The translations under genes were made by a program, and so were the position numbers. Of a stretch of 22,913 bases of DNA, positions 21,129-22,913 are shown in pieces; within the stretch, counting starts at the first letter, position 1, and every line of letters starts with the position of its first letter. A model generated the notes under the pieces. That model was not told where the DNA came from. It did no database searches and saw only the letters and a list, made by a program, of their open reading frames with translations. The stretch is from the NCBI RefSeq assembly GCF_002105155.1, contig NW_019028992.1, positions 806,001 through 828,913 of the forward strand. The letters are read 5' to 3'. This stretch comes from Lobosporangium transversale. Its lineage: Eukaryota.

Positions 21129-22913
21129 CAATAAAGGTATTTCCGGGAATCATGGTGCCTTTTTGTGATTTTTTGTAGGTGGTCTATGTGTCAGATGAAG
21201 CCACGTGCGGATAAAACTTAAAAAAGTCGTATTTGGAAAATAATAAACACTGCGATGATGCTCTCAATTTTTTCTGAAATATTCGGGTCCTCAGATACTC
21301 CGAACGAACAAAGCGCTCTTTGGACACACAGGATAAAATGGCTTGTGAATAGAATATGGCGAAGCTGTGATGGCTTTAACCCATACATGCAGATCCTCCA
21401 ACAGCAATGGGGGGGGGGGGGGAATGATGCATATTCCAGAAACATTATAAAACAAAATGATAAGAATAATAGTTACGACGCTGGTGACTCCAGTCAAGAA
21501 ATATACTAGGTTCGTGTCCACATACACGTCAACATATTCGATATCTTTAGCTTGCCACCATTCGAGAAAATATTAAAAGAGGCACTCAACTCACTGAATA
21601 GGCCCGAATTACAAAGTAGAGCAATACCACCACCCATTATCAATTAAGCAACATGCTATACCTATGTTTGTTCGTTCTTCACAATAGCTTATATTGATTG
21701 CTGAATAAATAAGAACGCTTTCTCTCAACGTAACACCTTAGGCCAGACATAGCCATAGAAAGGTTAATTACACTGTTGAGATACCTTCTAGAGAATGTGT
21801 CATATATCTTTGATACATCAACAGGCCTCGAGGAGGGCATGGCGTTGAATCTGGCGCTGTTGAGTGCAGACCGTACCTGCATAGCCCTTGTCTCCCATTC
21901 ATCTTTCATCTTCTTTAGATTAACTGAATAGCTGCAACTAGCACCCTTTTTTATAGACAAGTTGATTTTAGATGCATTTCCCAAAGGTACACCGAATGGA
22001 GTCTACATTAATATTCATGTCAAAATTTGCTCCTCTCATAAAGGTGACTCCATTGAAATGCAGCCCTCTTTACTCCAAGGAACTTTTCATACTTGTGAGA
22101 TACTTTTTCAAGGATAGGATGCGTTAGCCTGTCTCATGATGAGAGGTGGGGTGTGCTACGACCAAGGGGATCATAATCCACGGAATAATATGTTACATCT
22201 TTGATAGTAAGGCATAGTAAGATGGAGATGTTGCAAAAATACAGTCGTTAAAGATAAATAAAGGGAACAGTGCTTTCCTTCTCAAAGTGGTTGATGTCTG
22301 AAAGGGCGGTCCTAGCCCCATAGCTTTAATTGTAAGGAAACTGAATCAAGAAGAGCTTGGATAACAAGTGGTGTTTGCCCATCGAAAGCAACCAACGTTA
22401 AATGTATCGCAATGCCTGCGCCATCCACATTACCAGTCGTGCTTCTAGAGAGCGAGCTCGCCGGAAGAACAAAAATGCATCATTCAGCAAAACCAAACCT
22501 CGTCAAGAGTCGAGATAGACATTGCGTCTGTATCCATCTTTTTAGATATTTAGATATCCCAGACTATCTCAACTTGACCCACACTCAACTGTCAAACAGA
22601 TATTATCTAAGAGAAGTAGCCCAACATCGATCAGAATTTATAAGGCTGTAGGTGGCTTCGTACTCGTCCCATTGCCTCCTTCCGAAATGGAAGCATTTTT
22701 ACATAACAACTGCGTTCATCACTCCGTTGCCTGCTCGAGTTGTAGAGTATGATCTATACAACACAACATAATGACACGCATTAAATTCGTGGAAATAAAT
22801 TCTCAAAGACCCCAGCAATTCACTACAGTGCAGCTTACATTAAAACTTAAAACAACAGCTACCAAGGAGGGGTTAACAGTGAAGGGAAAAGGCTACCAAA
22901 ATGAATAAAAAAC

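Noticed and set aside
20830..21168. Poly-Ile, poly-Leu and poly-Asn ORFs
   Set aside because: By-products of the AAT microsatellite; a real poly-Asn exon cannot be supported without transcripts.

Overview
Eukaryotic (fungal) genomic DNA with short AT-rich spliceosomal introns and very long poly(A)/poly(T) tracts. Gene content suggests an early-diverging fungus, probably Mortierellaceae (inference, not verified). The window has three parts. (1) Accessory block, about 1-7 kb: the 3' end of a Crinkler (CRN/RHS)-type NTPase-REase effector gene, degraded coding remnants, and a minus-strand gene with a ~85-aa N-terminal header plus 19 near-identical 28-aa (84-bp) ribonuclease-inhibitor-type LRRs. 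These repeats carry a hypervariable di-residue, and a 1-nt frameshift interrupts repeat 16. (2) Four co-oriented minus-strand genes: 8-exon ribokinase (with an 18-nt catalytic micro-exon), 4-exon monoglyceride lipase (probable GC-AG intron), a single-pass Ser-rich membrane protein and a 4-exon Zn2Cys6 transcription factor. (3) A gene-poor end, about 18-22.9 kb, with microsatellites and possible decayed coding sequence. The most interesting candidate system is the NOD-less, internally homogenised variable-LRR protein lying convergent with a CRN nuclease effector. All calls come from manual reading; no database searches were run.
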